From Geochorda subterranea (lineage in GTDB: Bacteria; Bacillota; Limnochordia; Limnochordales; Geochordaceae), in assembly GCF_035593265.1 (NCBI RefSeq), contig NZ_CP141614.1:2961641-2985640 (forward strand): a stretch of 24,000 nt of DNA, in the 5' to 3' direction. The position numbers were made by a program, and so were the translations under genes. Positions within the stretch are counted from its first letter, which is position 1, and each line of letters begins with the position of its first letter. Below the pieces are notes generated by a model. That model was not told where the DNA came from. It saw only the letters and a list, made by a program, of their open reading frames with translations, and made no database searches. Below, one piece after another: positions 23,559 to 24,000 of the stretch.

Positions 23559-24000
23559 ATGCACGTGCTCGGGCGCATCTCGAAGACGTCCGCCGGTCTT
23601 GCCAGTCTCGTGCTGCTCGGCCTGCTCTACCTGGGCGCCCTGTTCGCGGGGTTTCTGGCTCCGTACGGGCAGGCCACGCAGTTTCCCCAGTACGCCTACG
23701 CACCGCCTCAACGGGTGCGGTTGTGGCACGAGGGCCGGTGGGTGGGGCCCTTCGTATACCCTCTCCAGCGCCAGCGCGATCCGGTGACGTTCATCTCCAC
23801 CTATGCCGAAGACCGCTCGCGCATCGTGCCAATCCGCCTCTTCGTCCAGGGTGAGCCGTACCGGCTGCTGGGGCTCGTGCGCACCGACCTGCACCTCTTC
23901 GGCGGCGAGGGCGGGCCGGTCTTCCTGCTCGGCACGGATCGCTACGGCCGCGATCTGCTCTCGCGGCTCCTCGCCGGGGCCCAGGTCTCGCTCTCGGTGG
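23559..24000 (+). CDS. ABC transporter permease, DppC/OppC-like (3' end cut by window edge)
   Basis: Absent from the ORF track because it is open-ended. The ATG at 23559 follows AGAGGGTGGGG. My translation is MHVLGRISKTSAGLASLVLLGLLYLGALFAGFLAPYG...FLLGTDRYGRDLLSRLLAGAQVSLSV, the typical OppC N-terminal region. Confidence 0.85.
   Translation, partial: MHVLGRISKTSAGLASLVLLGLLYLGALFAGFLAPYGQATQFPQYAYAPPQRVRLWHEGRWVGPFVYPLQRQRDPVTFISTYAEDRSRIVPIRLFVQGEPYRLLGLVRTDLHLFGGEGGPVFLLGTDRYGRDLLSRLLAGAQVSLSV

Noticed and set aside
1-24000. CRISPR arrays, tRNA or rRNA genes, integrase or recombinase genes
   Set aside because: I saw no regularly spaced short repeats, no tRNA-like T-arm motifs outside the riboswitch, no rRNA-like segments, and no tyrosine or serine recombinase-like ORFs.

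Overview
This is a high-GC bacterial chromosomal segment, about 70% GC over most of the window by my spot counts, with GGAGG-type ribosome-binding sites. I saw no rRNA, tRNA or CRISPR array by eye.

Layout:
- 1-6.1 kb: a lower-GC (about 55%) minus-strand sugar operon. Gene order is GH32 fructosidase-like hydrolase, CUT1 solute-binding protein, then two permeases. A 1.69-kb IS630-like element carrying an extra ORF sits in the last codons of the binding-protein gene.
- 6.1-9.7 kb: a decay zone. It holds an IS5/IS1182-like transposase remnant, a truncated ABC ATPase, a frameshifted ABC-2 permease, an inverted copy of the nrdA leader fused to a P-loop kinase fragment, and a frameshifted DinB copy.
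- 10.2-11.5 kb: rsgA behind a long structured leader. rsgA is bracketed by two direct copies of a DinB-family module.
- 12.7-13.5 kb: a HEPN / nucleotidyltransferase pair.
- 13.8-17.7 kb: nrdAB, preceded by two NrdR-like boxes and a cobalamin riboswitch. The NrdB has the class Ic (Chlamydia R2c-like) signature.
- 17.7-20.5 kb: a P-loop kinase-like gene, an AbiEii-like nucleotidyltransferase with a coupled downstream small ORF and no AbiEi partner, and a DUF1232 membrane protein.
- 20.6-24.0 kb: the start of a Dpp/Opp-type ABC operon.

Many long ORFs in the track are antisense shadow ORFs typical of high-GC DNA, and I ignored them. All family assignments come from motif recognition by eye and need HMM or BLAST confirmation. 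Several frameshifts sit at short G or C runs, so sequencing error is a live alternative to real pseudogenisation.
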